64,000 nt of DNA, taken from assembly GCA_973895155.1 (NCBI GenBank), contig OZ316891.1:16123137-16187136 (forward strand), read 5' to 3'. Position 1 is the stretch's first letter; every line of letters begins with the position of its first letter. Source of the DNA: Marsupella aquatica (Eukaryota; Plantae; Marchantiophyta). The position numbers and the translations under genes were made by a program. The notes under the pieces are model-generated. The model worked only from the letters and a program-made list of their open reading frames with translations. It searched no databases and had not been told where the DNA came from. Positions 13,700 to 27,641 of this stretch are shown one piece after another.

Positions 13700-14850
13700 C
13701 ACTAATTCTTCCCTACGATTAACTCAACTTAACCCTTCTCTATTCATTCACGTTTGTATTAACCGATTAATCGTCCAACAATAGGGTAATCTAGTAAATC
13801 GTTTTCATACTCTAAACATGTAATTTCCGCTGAATGTTCTTCGATGTCTACTTCTTCTTTCCACCTCCTGGGTACGATTGACTCAGTTAATACTAATCCT
13901 TCCCTGTATACAATTTCTATAAATCCACACCACTCACAATAAGTGAAAATACAAATTGGAATACTCTCTTCCCTTAACCGACGAGTAATTAGGTGCAAAC
14001 CAATCGAACAGATCCACAATTCAATTGGCCTGAGTCTAATTAGTGAAGAATTCTTCCTATCCTCATTGCTAGTATTCATGCTTCCGGTGATTGTGATGTG
14101 ATTAGATCCAATCGTCTCATTGATGCTCTCACCAGGAGTTTGATCAATTACTTATGCTACGAAGTAGATCAAGAAAGGCTATTCGTAAGTAGAATGTCAA
14201 TTCAACAATTACTCCGTTATGCTGCAGGTGTATGACAATTAGATTGTCATTCTTGAAACACACACACTTTAGCCAGACTCCACTGCTTATGAGTTGTCTA
14301 TTGGTTTGATTCCGTAAGGTGTTACTCCTCAACGTGTTCACTCTAAGTGAATTAATCCTCATTCATTCCTGTGGTCGGAATATGACCGTCTTAACATACT
14401 TCTGTCGAATCCTTGGTTTATAACTTCAACAAATTCAACTTTCTTTATAATTCAGATTGTCTTACTCAATCTTCTCTTTAATTTTTCCTCTCCTCAATTT
14501 CTGAATCCCTTCACTCTCAACTCTTACTCTCGCAGTCAATCATCATCTCTTTCTGTAGACTCTCTCAACAATGTACTCATCCACGGACAATTCATCAGGT
14601 TGTGCCATAATGATTTCTTTACTTCTCAACATCAAAAATTCTACTCACATCTGAGTAGGGAGCACTTAAACAGATCTAGTGAACATCTTAAGGAAAGTCT
14701 AGCTTCGCCTTTCAATCAGATTACCTATTGCAAAAGTGACACCCTGTTCTACGCTCTTGTCTACCTTAAATACTATCTTCCGGAAAAATTATCGGTTTCC
14801 AATTGCCTGACTAACAAAATGGTTATCTAACTTACTAATCGAACACAACT
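13700..14850 (-). other. Unclassified degenerate repeat, possibly a retroelement gag remnant
   Basis: Broken Glu/Arg-rich reading on the minus strand with a QTPGESI-like segment; no diagnostic domain. Confidence 0.25.
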
Positions 14851-17800
14851 GCATAGTAGTTAATAAACTGCTGTTTTCCTGGGAAAATAATTTTTATAAT
14901 AAAAGGGTGAGACCGCGAAAACCCCACGGCCGGGGGGAAGCAAGCAGCCCCCTAGATATATCAGCACAACTCCCACAGGGAGGCCAGCAGGCATAAGCAA
15001 AGGCCGGAGTCACAATAAACAACAAAAAGGGGAGGCTGAAGCTATGGGCCCAGAACGTGAGTGACCCACACATCATGTCAACTTGTAGAGTCCTAGAGCC
15101 GATGAGCGAGGTAACCCATTCACCCTTTTCCAATAGCTATCACTCCTAGACCAGCAATGCAGCCACCAAAGTGACTCTGCCAGTACTCCTAGCAAACCAG
15201 TGTCGTCGTTTTAAAGCTATGAGATCCCTAGCCTTAGCTAGTCTGATGCACCGCCCACCAATGGGGAGGCACCAGCCCACAGCCCGCAAGTGCGTCTCAG
15301 TTTCCGAGAGGACCAGCCCAAAATCAAATACTCTGGTCCACTTTTTCTCAAAAATCTGCTCATTTCGTCCCATCCATAGAGCCCACAGCATTTGATACTG
15401 CAGGAAAAAGTAGGCAGATTGAGTGTGTGTTCTGGAGTCAGCAGCAACAAGGAGTTCCAGGCTACCCCAACCCCTGCCAAACAGTTGTCTCAAGGAGCTG
15501 GACTCTCCGATTCCCCAACAGAGCATGGCGTGGGCACAGCCAAAGAAAAGGTGGGGGATGTTTTCAATTCTCCAAGGGCAAACATGGCATATACCTGAGC
15601 CTGCACCAATCTTAGCAGCCCAAGATCCCGCGAAGAGACCACCCACTATCAAGCGCCAAATGAATGTTTTTGCTCTGGAAGACAAATCAGAGCTCCAAAT
15701 TTGAGTCCAAACAGCTTTCCATTCTGTTTCCTATCGCGTGCATCCCCAAATTTGATTCCATCTCTCAAAGTCAGTGCTTTTGTCCCTCAAGAGTTCGTAA
15801 GCTTGCTGGTTGTTAATTTGAAAGGACTTTGAGAAAGCCCGAGTGTCAGCCCAGCGCCACTGCCTAGCACCTAGTTCCAGGTCCAGCCAGCAGGAGTGAC
15901 CACGATGGATGACATCCAACAGGAGTGCGCACTATGACTTACATTCTATGGAGACACCTCTAAGATAATGCCAGCGACATGAAAGGTTGATCCATTCCCC
16001 TAAGCCCCCATACCAGCAGTCAGCTATTTTCCTGATTCCTAGTCGCCCAAAGGTCATTGTGGCCTTCTCCAAATCAGTGACCGGCCAGGAGTGAGGACCA
16101 GCGAGACATCGAATTGAGTCTTGAATGCTCCATCTGCCAGGTATACCGTCCACACCGGGCACAAAGGAGAGGCCACACCTTAAGGCCTCCCAGGCCTTCC
16201 ACAGGCCCCAAGTATAAGGCATTCCTCCGCTAGCCCGTGGTGAGCACATCAGTAACTTATCCTGGAAAGTGTAATTGTTCCGACGTATCACCTTGTAAAG
16301 CCTCCAGCCCATGAGATCAAGGTTAGCCTGCAGCAGTAGCGACCATTTAGCAGTGGGGCAATCCAGAGCCTTCATGAACCATTGGGTAAGTAGAGCCTCA
16401 GAGTGAGTGCGGAAGTCTTTGAAACCCAGTCCACCATCTGTTTTAGGCCGTGCCATCTTTGACCAGGCCACCAGAGGAATCTTCTTGTTCCCCTCGTTAT
16501 TATAGCCGCATAGAAAGTCCCTGCACAGCGCCACCAATTTCTTTGCCAGCCCAGCAGATGATCTCAAGTGCATCACATGGTAGATAGGGATGGCCAACAG
16601 AACCTGTTTAATCAGCAGAGTCCTTCCTGTGAATGAGATCAGTTTGTTAGCCCAGGAAGCCAATTTCTTAGCGATCTTGTCTAAACAGAATTTGTGAATT
16701 TGATCCGCCCCAAGCTCTAGTCCGAATAGCGCCCCAAGATAGATCTGCAGCTCTCCTGCTTTGCTGATCCTGCATTCAGTTTTGCTTAGCCATTCTAGAA
16801 TGCACTCAAGCGCGAACAGTATGATATTCGATTTTTGGAGATTCAGTCTAGCACCAAATGCGCACTCATAGCAGGCCAGCGCTACTCTAGCCTCAGAGAA
16901 AGCAGTCTCACATGCAGGGATAAACATTCCAACATTGTCTGCAAAGAGTCTAAAGCAGATAGTACATTGTTCGCTGATCTTGATTCCCTGCACTCTTCCT
17001 TCTTTGATCTCTGAATCTAAGAACGTCATCAGCGGTTGGGTGGACAGCACAAAGAGTAAGGGAGAGAGGGGGCAGCCCTGCCTCACCCCCCGACGCAACA
17101 AATTGCCTCTGAGATAAGCCCATTCACAGCCACCCGTGAAGAAGCCGCCGAGAGCAGAGCTTGAACTAGCTGAATGGTCCAGCTACTGAACCCCAGGAGA
17201 AGCATTGTTTCCCACAAGTAATTGTGATTTACCCTGTCAAAAGCTTTTTCGAAGTCTAGCTTCAAAAAGAGTGTCGGACATCTTGTCTTCCGAGCCCATT
17301 CGCCAGTGAGCCATGCTACCAAAATATTCTCTAAGATGTGTCGGCCAGGGATGAACCCAGTTTGCTGCTTGTTAATCAACTTAGGAATGACCAATTGCAT
17401 CTGGGCAGCCAAAAGCTTGGCAATCAATTTATAAATCGTGTTTAGCATGGTCAGTGGTCTCCAGTCTTTCAAGAATATTTTGTCCTCTTTCTTGGGTATC
17501 AGCTTGATAATGCCCAGCTTGATGCCTGCCGCTAGCTTGCCTGTTAACCAGTAGTCTTGTATCATCTCCAGCAGATCCGTGTGAATATAATCCCAGCCTG
17601 CTCTAAAGACCTCTGTTGTAAGTCCGTCTGGTCGTGGAATCTTATCAAGTGGGAGAGACCAAAGTCCGTCTCTAACCTCCTTTTCCGATGGGATTTCTTC
17701 CATCATGCGAATCTCAGTTGCAATAAGAGAGTGCCTTGTTTTCTCCAGCAGCCGCTTCCGAGCAGCCAAACAGTCCTGGTGTTCCAAGTAAGAGAGTGGC

Positions 17801-18472
17801 TCAGGGGAGTATAGATTGTTACAGTGCTTTTCCACTTCTCTCATTATCAGCGTCGGGTCCACTATGGTTGAGTCATCCTCCCTCTGCAAGAAGGACATCT
17901 TCTCCCGGTCTCGTTTGGCTTTAATCGTTGCAAAATAGAATTTAGTGCTTTCTTCCCCTTCTCCAAGCCATTTAATTCGTGCCAGTCTTCTGCCTAGCAT
18001 TGCTTCCTCCATTTCAGCCAGGTGAAGCTGATCTTCCGCCAGGACGTACTCCATCACTGTTTCCTCAGAGTTGAATTCTTCTAACGTTTCCTTCAGATTC
18101 TGTAGTTGGGCTCTTAAGAAGTTCATTTCTTCTTCCTTCTTCTTTGGTAGCGCCTGTATTTCCTTGTAAGCATTCCGTAGTGAGCTGCAAGCAATGGCAA
18201 ATTTCGCGTGTGGATCTCTAGCATTATCCTTTCCGGTCCTCCAGGCTGCTTCGAGCTTCTCCCTATTTTCCTCTTTTCTCAGTACAGTGGGGTCAGCCTT
18301 AAAGAGGTGAACCCGGTCCAGCCCTCCGCACTCCCTAGCCTCCTGGAGTCGAAGTTCCAACAGGATAGGGTCATGATCAGAAAGCGTGGACCCACCATCG
18401 TGCATGAGGCAGACCGGACCACAGACCCACCAGCCTCCATCGTTAACGTAGAAGCGATCCAGCCTTGATAGC

Positions 18473-20971
18473 TGTCATGCGATTGACATGGGTCTTAACA
18501 CCAAAAACGTCACTATGGGTGCCAAAACCATCTCCTTGTACCTGAGGATCACGAAGGGATGTTGTGAAGGCCGGTAAACACCAATTTATGCCCTTAACAC
18601 CAGACTATCATAGCAAGACTCTATCACACATCACCCAAGCTCAATCCCAAGGAACCAAGGTTGGGGATCAGATCTGCGCTCATGATAGTTCTGGTGAGAA
18701 GGGGTCTTCATATCGGGCCCGTACCCACAGGGCCTAGCGCTACAGTGCGCATAGGTCTATACGTATGCTTACTGTCATAGGTATGTTTCTATTCTGCCAC
18801 CGGAATGTACCCATAAACCAGTGACTCCTGACTGATTCCCGGCTTAGGGACTTCTAAGTCATTGCCCCACCACTCTGCCATTCCACTCTCAGCAATCAGA
18901 GCTATGATAGTCCTCACCCAGCCCGCTTCAATGCACCCTGTACACCTCTCAGTGGCGCTGCTAGTCCCATCATACACTCAGATTGCCTCACACACACACA
19001 CATCCATGAGAGAAATGAGGCCTGAGAGGAAAACTCAATTAGATTCAAAGATGTGCACAATAGTTCACTGAGAACACTTGATCCGAACACTAGGGCCGAA
19101 GGCTGTCTCCTCTAGATTGTGACGTGCTTGCCCCGCCAGCCCCATGCTTGCCATGCAAGCTCAATCCTGAACCTGAGCCCGGCTCACTCCAGATTGCGAC
19201 GGCAGATTGGACTCAAACCAATCCCGTACTTGCCTTGCAAACTCAATCCTGAACTCAACCTCCTTCACTGCACTTCATTCTTGGGGGCACATGCAGATCT
19301 CACACCTCCAATTCAGAACGTCAAGTTACGCATGCACAGTTGACTCGACTTCAAAGCTGATACCAGGCCTAACGATGATCTATCCCAGACTGCAATGAGG
19401 CCCGACCTCACGCTTGCCCTGCAAGCTCAGCTCTGGCCATAAATCCCTTAGTGCTCTCTACCAGACAAAGGCCGGGACTCCCCATGGATCATGTAGCCTT
19501 GCCAGACTGAACTATAAATGCTCCTCCTACTGCCCCTCAATCAGTGTCTCAGCCTCCCTAATGTGCTCACCACAAATCACATTGAAATCCTCCCCACAGT
19601 TTACAATCACCAATACATCACCTATCACCAAGGCTCTGTATCGGGGGAAAAGAACCCAGTTGTGCTGCCCACTAGAAAGAGCCACAATCCAGCTCGCAAA
19701 CCTAGCAACCCATTGCAGCTGTGAAGCTTGGCTGATTACTCCCTGAGTAATAGCACAACCAAGCTCTCCCCAACACGCAGCGTCCAAGTCCAGCCTTGCT
19801 TGCACAGAGCTCCTCCCTGCTGCTCAGTCTAAGTGAGATCACACAACTGAAGTCCCCCCCTCGCTTGCCTCTACCGGGGGGCTGCTCTATATACTCTCAT
19901 ACTGAGCCCAAATGGGTGGATACTACGCTGCTGGAGCCCCATCCCAGCCCTAACAGAGCCGCCACTATCTCTAACTACTGAACCCTAACTCGCAACTTTA
20001 TTTCTATCTCGAATTGGCTATGTACTTCGGATTTGGCCCTCCTCCATGGTTTTTGCGAGCTTGCGCCTCCTCTCCCGATTTCTCTATTCAACCATTTGCT
20101 GCGTGGATAGCAGCGTTGGAAGCGGCTTGAGCTCCTCTTTCCAACGAGGTCAATTATAGCCGATTTGGTCAAATACACAGAGAGTTATGCCCCCGCAACC
20201 GAGAGGGGGTACTCACTGCTGCGCTAACCCGAGTTACATAGCTAACCCGAGTTCGGCTAACCTAGCTATCCTATCTAACCCGAGTAGAGCTAACCCGTGG
20301 TCTCGGGTTAGGCCGCTACCCGCTATCCGCTAACCTAGCCTAAGCTGAGCCCGAATTTAGGCTAACCCGAGTTCAGTCTAACCCGAGATCAATCTAATCT
20401 GAACCTAGGTTAAGCCTAAGCTGAAGCCGTGCTTACCTGAGCTAAGCTGAAGCCGTGCTCACCTGAGCTAAGCTGAAGCCGTGCTTACCTGCGATAAGCT
20501 GAAGCCGTTCTCACCTGAGCTAAGCTGAACCCGTGCTTACCTAAGCTAAGCTGAAGCCGTGCTTACCTAAGCTAAGCTTAAGCCGTGCTCACATAAGCTA
20601 AGCCGTGGTCGAGCTTGGGTTAACCCGAAACTGAAGCCTAATCCGCTAATTCCGGCCATAAGTTAACCCGTCACACTAATCAGGTTGTATCTTCCTCAAT
20701 AGACCTCCGTTTCTTGAGTGTTTTATATCGATTTTACTCACCTTGACCAGATCTTTCCAATGCTCTTTACAGATCCAGATTTGGTGACATATTGAAAGAG
20801 ATATGGTCGCCGACCACCCGTGACATAGCTTTTATTTCCCTACTCTTAACGCCATGATTGCCCTTATTCTTGTCATCTTGCTAATTATTATGCGGTATCA
20901 ATAGCTACTCCTTGCATACAGCAACCTAGTTACTCAGATTATAGAATAAGGACCATGTCATCGGCGTCACA
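18473..20971. mobile_element. Solo LTR, family X (copy 1, ~2.5 kb)
   Basis: TGTCA...TCACA ends; 5-bp TSD ATAGC/ATTGC (1 mismatch); removing it restores LINE ORF2. Confidence 0.9.
20415..20605. repeat. 26-bp tandem repeat within LTR X
   Basis: About 7 units of GCTAAGCTGAAGCCGTGCTTACCTGA; same array at ~42050-42245. Confidence 0.85.
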
Positions 20972-21627
20972 ATTGCATCAGCTCCTCTCCTCTCCATCTC
21001 CTCCATGTGAATAGAGAGCCAGACTTTAGCCCTCCGATCTTCAGTGCATCCACCAAATCAAACCTGGTTGTCAGGAAGCGCCAGAATTCTGATTTTAGCC
21101 CCCTAATAAGCAAAGATCCACCCGTTGAGTCTGCACGATCTTCCGTCATGTTGAAATCCCCGCATATAATCCAATGCGCTTGAGGTAGAGCCACTTTGAG
21201 TTCATGCCACACCGCCGCCTAATATCTGGTTGAGTTAGGTGCATAAATGTTGGCAATTCCAATCGGCCCTTTCTTATGTTCTAGAATTACCCATACAACT
21301 CTTCCTAAGTCTAGAATTCCCTGATTAAGCACCTTCCACTTCGGATGAATCGATAACGTCGATCCCCCTCTGCCCTCCTCTGGTTCAGACATAAAGTGGT
21401 GGTAATCAGGTAGAATTGCTCGAAGTGCTAAATCTAATCTAAAGCTATCTGTCTTGACTTCTTGAAGAGCCAGCGCTCCAAACGGAGCAGTTAATCCTTT
21501 AATCCACTACTTTACTAGTTGTTTCCTGTTTGGTTCACCTAACCCACATACATTCCATGAAGCCATTCTCATCCGGTCCTCCATCTTCTTAGAGCACAAT
21601 GAGGCTCCCAGAATTCAAAGTTAGAGA

Positions 21628-23884
21628 TTAGATACGAGGGCGCCCTCCAGGAGAAGCACCCCTCCCGCCACTCATGGGCGTGGAAGGCCGCGAGGACACA
21701 GTATAGCCATTCTTATCAGTGGGTCGAATAGCCAGTTTCTTCAGAGGCGAGGTCCTCCCTTCCGATCTACCATCCGTAGATCTGGGTCTCTCCTTGTCCC
21801 AGCGGCCTTGCTCCCGCTCGATCCCTTCCAATTGCTCCTCAGCATCTGCATCCATCAGATTATCGTGTGAGAACAAGAGAGAGCGTTGCTTTTTCCCTTC
21901 TAATTTCTCTTTGTTAATCTTTTCTCTCTGGGGTGTCCTCATTTCTTGCTTCCGTGCGCGTGCCTTTGCCTGGCTCCGGAGGATGTATTCGTCATATTCA
22001 GACATCTCAATATCTGAGTCCCCATGATAGGAGAACGTTTCCTCTCCTCCAGCGCTTGAGTTAGGAGTAGCAGGGATTTGTCCAGACAGCTTTGCAGTTC
22101 GTCCTAAGGGCACGACTTGACCCGGGAGCGTCGAGCTTTGAACCTGTGCCCTTAGGTTAACAAAGAGAAATTAGAAGGGAAAAAGCAATGCTCTCTCTTG
22201 TTCTCACACGATAATCTGATGGATGCAGATGCTGAGGAGCAATTGGAAGGGATCGAGCGGGAGCAAGGCCGCTGGGACAAGGAGAGACCCATGGGACGAC
22301 TCGCAGAGTTGCTTTCCTTCAAGGCATTTCCTGAGACTTGTAAAGGTACATTGGACCTGTAGTCCGTTCCCTCATGAGGGAAAGAGGGCTCCCCCACACG
22401 GCCCTGCAGGCTCGAAATGATAACCCCACCACTATGAGCAACAGGCAAGTTAGATTGTGCACCCCGAGGTTCTAAATCCTGCTCAATTTCTGCATTTTGG
22501 TTCATTTCCTCTCCTTCAAAAGTACCTCCTTCTTGGCGTACGGTGACGTTTGCGCAAACAGCCGAGGGAGGGCCCATCTCCTCAGGTCCGTGGATCTCTG
22601 TGATCGTGTTATTGATGTCTTGTCTTTTTCCTTCTTCTCCGGGCCCAAAGTCCCACCTAGCCCTTTCCCATCTTTGTCATTCTCTTGCAATTCCGTAGTG
22701 CAGTCTCGTGCAAGGTGTCCCTTGACGTTGCATTTGTAACAGTGGAAGGGGATGTTCCTGAATATGACTGGCTGCCATATCACAATGTCTTCTCTCAGTT
22801 GAATCCGCACGCTAGCCGGTATTTCTCTTTCTGTATCCCATAAGATACAAGCTCTATCGTGCGGGTACGAGCTGTATTCCTCTCCTTGTATGTAGTATAA
22901 GAGTGGTCCAAAAGATTCAGCAATCCTCCAGCGGCATCCTTCCAGGATCAAAGCTTGAAACAGAATTTCAATCCAAACCGGGAGCTTGGTGAAGCTCTCA
23001 TTCTTAACATCGAACGCTGGTTCCCAAGCAAATGCATATACAAATCTCCTCTCCATGAACCAAGGGGCCAATGCAAGTGCTTCATCTCTGTGGTCGGGCT
23101 GCTCAAAGACCACCAGGTAGAAGTTCCTACCTACAAACTTGACCTGGACCACCGGCCACCTCATCTCCTTGACCATTGTCGCTTCAATCCATTCTCTGAA
23201 AACCTGCAGCAGCGGTGTACTGTCAGTGAAGTAAAACAAAGCTCCACAGTTGTACAGTTGATGGACGTTAACTGCCGCTTCCTCCAGGCTCCATTCCATA
23301 GTAGTATAGAGGCTATCTTCCCAATTCTCTTTTGAGTTCTCTGCGATCCCTTTTAGAATTCTAACACATTCTTCTGTAACTTCTTCAGTCTCCTGGTGGT
23401 CCATCATAGTTGCGTCTTGAGGTCGATTGTTTCCATAGTGCCTGCCGCTGAAGGAGCTCATGTGACCCCTATACATGTTTTCCCTTCGATGCTCAATTTG
23501 CGCTGGCCCCACTTGAGTTCCATAATTGAATTCATTCTCTTCGTGCCCCCCATCTTCCGCCGTTCTCTGTTTCTCCCATTCTACCTGTGCTGATAGGAAA
23601 GCAGTGGATTCCTTCCTCACCTGTGCAGACGACCGAGCTCCCATCTTGTTGTGTGCCAAATCAAAGGGCCGTTGCAGTGACACCCCACCGGTGTGCGCAT
23701 CCTGAGCTGAGTATTGTTGATTCATCAGGAAGTTATGAGGGTTCCTGTTATAGCGATCAGGTAATGTCCCTAGGCTTCCACCAGTACGCCCACCAAGCGA
23801 TCTTCCACCACTTCTTCCCGACAAAGCACGGCCACCATAAACCCCACCGGGAAAGAGGGACCGAGGATCCCGGGCGTGTTCCAT
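21628..23884 (-). pseudogene. LINE ORF1 (DUF4283-like region + CCHC zinc knuckle)
   Basis: 460-aa ORF with ALALAPWFM...LPVWIEI and CYKCNVKGHLARDC. C-terminal part broken by a frameshift and an inverted duplication. Confidence 0.85.
22156..22291 (+). repeat. ~136-bp inverted duplication of 21783-21918 inside LINE ORF1
   Basis: TTAACAAAGAGAAATTAGAAGGG...GAGAGACCCA is the near-perfect reverse complement of 21783-21918. Confidence 0.9.
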
Positions 23885-25362
23885 CTCTAAAAGATCCTAG
23901 TATAATAGAATGTCCTTATGCACTTGCAAATCTTTTAAACGGCTTGACACCTTGCAGCTAGTCATCTTACCTGTTTTGGATTCAGTGTACCCGGTATCGA
24001 TTCGATGGTGCTCCCGTTGCAGCTTCTCGCCATGATAGTAAAATTCAGCTGCACGCTAAGCATAGTCTCCTCCAGACGAGGCAACAGGCCACTCCTTCAG
24101 CGTCTCTCGCAATCCAAAGCTTAAGCTTACGGGTATAATGTGATCTCCACTCTCTGTAGCGTTCCAAAGGACCAGCATTCGCTAAGAAAGAAGCCGCTTG
24201 CCCTACAGTGTCGTCGATGGAACACGTTGTCAAGCGATTGACATTGGGTCTTGTCACTTGCCTCTCCAACGGTTAATACGTGCAAACCGCACTTTTCTTC
24301 GCTTAAACCGTTGGTATCGTATTACGGGGTCGTGGAGGGACGCTATTTGGATTCTTTTCACACCAGGATGAGTATTTTGGTTTCCGCTCCCGGAAATGTA
24401 GGTTTTGATCAAGTCTACCGACTACCCTCACCCCACAGCTTTTGATCAAGTCCTGCCGACTACCCCACTACACCTTCACTCGGAGTCACCCAAAGAGTGC
24501 TGTCACCACCCCTACTCACAAGGCCGACTCAAACCAAGCAAGTTTCTTCAAATCATAGAACGGGAGAACACAATTCGGAAAGCGAAAAAGGGAGAAGGAA
24601 CACACAACAAAAGCCCATCAAGTCAAATGTACAGATCCATATCTCTTGGGAAAAACGATACACATTGCATGAGTAACCCGGCCTCCTGCCGTCTACTCAA
24701 CTCCTGCCTCTCCGGACAATGAGTATGGCTCCCCCTCACTACTCTGAACACGCTTTCAAACTCCTCAGGCTCCACTCTATCCCTCCTTGCTAACTTCACA
24801 CTGAGTCCCCCTAACTACTTCGGGGCTATCCCCCTAAATACTGAAAAATCACACCAAAGCACCCCTCACAGGGTCACAACGGTGGCGGCTACCCTAGCGG
24901 CGCCGCTAAAACCTTGCACTAAGAGAAATCCTTAAACTGAAGAGGAGCATGCAGCACACACATGCTGCTAAAACCCTAAACCCAAAACAAGGGGGCCGAC
25001 GGTGCCTTCGACGGCGCCCCAACAGTACACGTGAACCCTGAAAGTGAGAGGCACCCCAAAATGGCCGAAACTAGGTGCCCTTCCAAGTGCACACCTGAGC
25101 TCACCCCTGGATAGCTCTTCTTTTCCTGCTTCCGAATCACTAAGTCGCTCCCTCAACGGACTTCAGACGCCTGAGTTATGGCCGTTTCCGTACCGCAAAA
25201 ACATAAGTTCTCCAGGCCATAACTTGCTCATCCTGGCTCCGTTTGAGGAGCGCCGCCTCTTGTTGGAATCAGCTCCGCGAGCTCATCCCAACAAGCCCAT
25301 GAGTGACCCCCCACTAAAATGTTGGAAATCTGGAGGCCGTACACCCACGTCCGTACGCCTAT

Positions 25363-27219
25363 CTAATCCTCCTCTTCTTCTTCGCTCTCGGTGCCCGGAC
25401 TTGTGCCCCGTGAGTGGTCCTCCTCCTCATCACTCACGGGAGTGAGTGCCATCGTACTTTTCTTCTTCTTCGACGGAGTACTCTTAGTGCTGCTGCTCCC
25501 GCGCTTCCTCAAAGCAGCCAAGGCCTGCCACGCCTTGATGTACCCCTCACCAATTGTGTCCTTCCAGAGGGTAGCCTCTTCTCCGGACCGCAACTCCAAC
25601 GGTAGAACTTGCCCCGTGGCCATGGGAGTCCCGGGGGTGACAGACCTGGGTGGCATCCCCGTACTGACCTGAGCCTCCCGTAACGATTTCCGTACCTCCC
25701 GGAGCTTCTTCTCCAAGCTCTTACTCTTCTCCTGACTCTTCTTGGCTCCATCCAACAAGGGTCCATACTTCCCACTAACCTCCTTCACCACCATCTCGAT
25801 AGCTTGGGAGATCACATCCGGGGAAAGTGTGGAGCCAGGTGTGCCGGGACTCTTCCGTTTCCCTAGACTCAGGGCCTCACTTCTCTTCGCTCGTGTCTCA
25901 AAGGCTGCCACCTGACTCCGTAGTGCTCCCACCTGGTTCCTCCACTCCATCACTTCTCCAGAATTTTGCTTCTCTTTGGCCAATGCTTGCCTCAACGCTC
26001 CTACTTCTTCTGCTTCCTTGGCCTTGGTGGACAAAGCTCCCTTCAAGTTGGTGATCTCTACGTGAGCTGCATTGATGTGCCTGACCTTCTCATGAATGGT
26101 CTGCTCCTTGGTCTTGATCACCTCCTTCAGTGACAAGATGCTCTGCTCTAACGTCTCTACTTTGACTGTGGCGTGCTTGAGAGACTCCCTCAATGCGTGG
26201 ACTAGCTTGAGTCCCTCGTGGACTCCCTCTCTGAAATCCCGTAGCTCTGCCAAGTAAACATCCGGAATGTTGTATTCCAGAGGCTGTTTCGGATCTCCCA
26301 CGAGTGATTCAAGCCACTCCAATGTGCAATCATCCTCCTGGTTCTCTTCTTCTCTATTATCCTCCCCACCAGCAGACAATGATTCCTCCGTGAGCTTCCC
26401 TAAAACGGTAGTGGCAATACTCCGGATCTCCGTGGTGAGAGATGATCCCGTGTCTTCATGCCCCGGAGAACCAATCAACCCTTCTGCCCTGGCCAATACA
26501 AATGACCCCATCAAATGTACAGCCCCACCTGGTTTCACACTCCCAGGCTCAGCGGCCAATAGCTTCTTCAATCCGTAGCACCACCATCCGTACACATGGG
26601 CTGGGTAGTTCTTGATGTCCATAGCTACCACGAAATGCTCCTCATTCAGCACTCCGGATTGCACGTTGCCAAGAACCCGTTGATGCACCTTGGCCAGGAA
26701 GCCCTTATACTCAACATCCTTGACAGCAGAAAGAGGGATGGCGGTGGTGGAGGTAGGATTGGTCACCCAAGTGGCCACCATTTTCAACGTGAGTTCTCCC
26801 CTGATATTCCGAGGTGTGAATGAGAATTTCTGATTCTCAAGAAACAATAGCTTAGCCAACTCCACATGGGGCACTACACGTTTGAGACATTCAAAGTAGA
26901 TTCCCTCCGTTCGGAACTCCATCCCGGCCTCAATGTCCCAGCTCTTCCCTGAAGGGATGGTAATCTCCACCTTCATGAATTCTGTAAGCCCGGTGGCTTG
27001 GAAAATGTTCCGACAATCCTCCATCACCTTGGTGGAGGTCTTGGGATAAATTCGACGAAAAATCTTCCTACCCACCGGTGAGGAACCCGCTGCCAATCCC
27101 GTGCTCATCATAACTTCTCTCTCTTCCCTTTCCCGTGTAATCCGAGTCTCCACGTAGTCACGGTAAGCAGCCTTGTATCTCCGAATGCGTGACGCACTAA
27201 ACTCTGGTTGATCTAGCAT
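25363..27219 (-). CDS. 618-aa LTR-encoded accessory protein (coiled-coil C-terminal half), 3' LTR copy
   Basis: Uninterrupted ATG ORF, same sense as gag-pol; heptad-rich region; basic and acidic tail. Confidence 0.8.
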   Translation of the reverse strand: MLDQPEFSASRIRRYKAAYRDYVETRITREREEREVMMSTGLAAGSSPVGRKIFRRIYPKTSTKVMEDCRNIFQATGLTEFMKVEITIPSGKSWDIEAGMEFRTEGIYFECLKRVVPHVELAKLLFLENQKFSFTPRNIRGELTLKMVATWVTNPTSTTAIPLSAVKDVEYKGFLAKVHQRVLGNVQSGVLNEEHFVVAMDIKNYPAHVYGWWCYGLKKLLAAEPGSVKPGGAVHLMGSFVLARAEGLIGSPGHEDTGSSLTTEIRSIATTVLGKLTEESLSAGGEDNREEENQEDDCTLEWLESLVGDPKQPLEYNIPDVYLAELRDFREGVHEGLKLVHALRESLKHATVKVETLEQSILSLKEVIKTKEQTIHEKVRHINAAHVEITNLKGALSTKAKEAEEVGALRQALAKEKQNSGEVMEWRNQVGALRSQVAAFETRAKRSEALSLGKRKSPGTPGSTLSPDVISQAIEMVVKEVSGKYGPLLDGAKKSQEKSKSLEKKLREVRKSLREAQVSTGMPPRSVTPGTPMATGQVLPLELRSGEEATLWKDTIGEGYIKAWQALAALRKRGSSSTKSTPSKKKKSTMALTPVSDEEEDHSRGTSPGTESEEEEED

Positions 27220-27641
27220 CCATGCATCCCGAAATCAATTTCTCAATCACCAATCCCGTCACCCGTGGCAATGTCAATTCCCTGGCCCGAAACAGCCCCC
27301 GTAGCCCGATCACTTAAATTCTCTCAATTTCCCGTCACCACTCCGTGCGGCCGCCACTAATGCCTGGAAGAATGACGCCAGCAAGCCCCACTAATCCACC
27401 ATGAAAGAGAGAGCTTCAAAAATAATTAGAATCTGGAGAGAGCTTCCGGCAAGAGAGAGAAGAACCCCGTTTTTGCTTTCGGCAATGAGAGGGTCGTGCA
27501 AAAGGAAGAGGGAAAGAAAAAGGAAGGAAAAAAAAATAGAACCGAAAAAACTCCTGGCGCCTTCGCCATGCGCCCCGGCCCATTTCTCGGGCCTTACCCT
27601 TGCGTCCTCCTGCGCGCGGCCCTATGCAGGGCGCGCGGCCA

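Larger units (their letters stand above)
15146..21584 (-). pseudogene. LINE ORF2 (endonuclease/RT/zf-RVT), split by a solo LTR
   Basis: MASWNVCG start; GDFN; MQSRLDRFY rejoined across the LTR; SDHDP; LDFEKAFDRV; GVRQGCPLSPLLF; LFADN; C..C...ENIPHLFFGC. Confidence 0.92.
14891..23890 (-). mobile_element. L1-type LINE, near full length, interrupted by solo LTR 18473-20971
   Basis: ORF1, then ORF2 with APE-RT-zf-RVT; short A-tail near 14891. Confidence 0.92.

Noticed and set aside
20415-20605. 26-bp repeats as a CRISPR array
   Set aside because: Head-to-tail units with no unique spacers, no cas genes, and located inside an LTR.
24968-24983. AAACCCTAAACCC as a telomeric array
   Set aside because: Only 1-2 units (telo-box-like) within an LTR.
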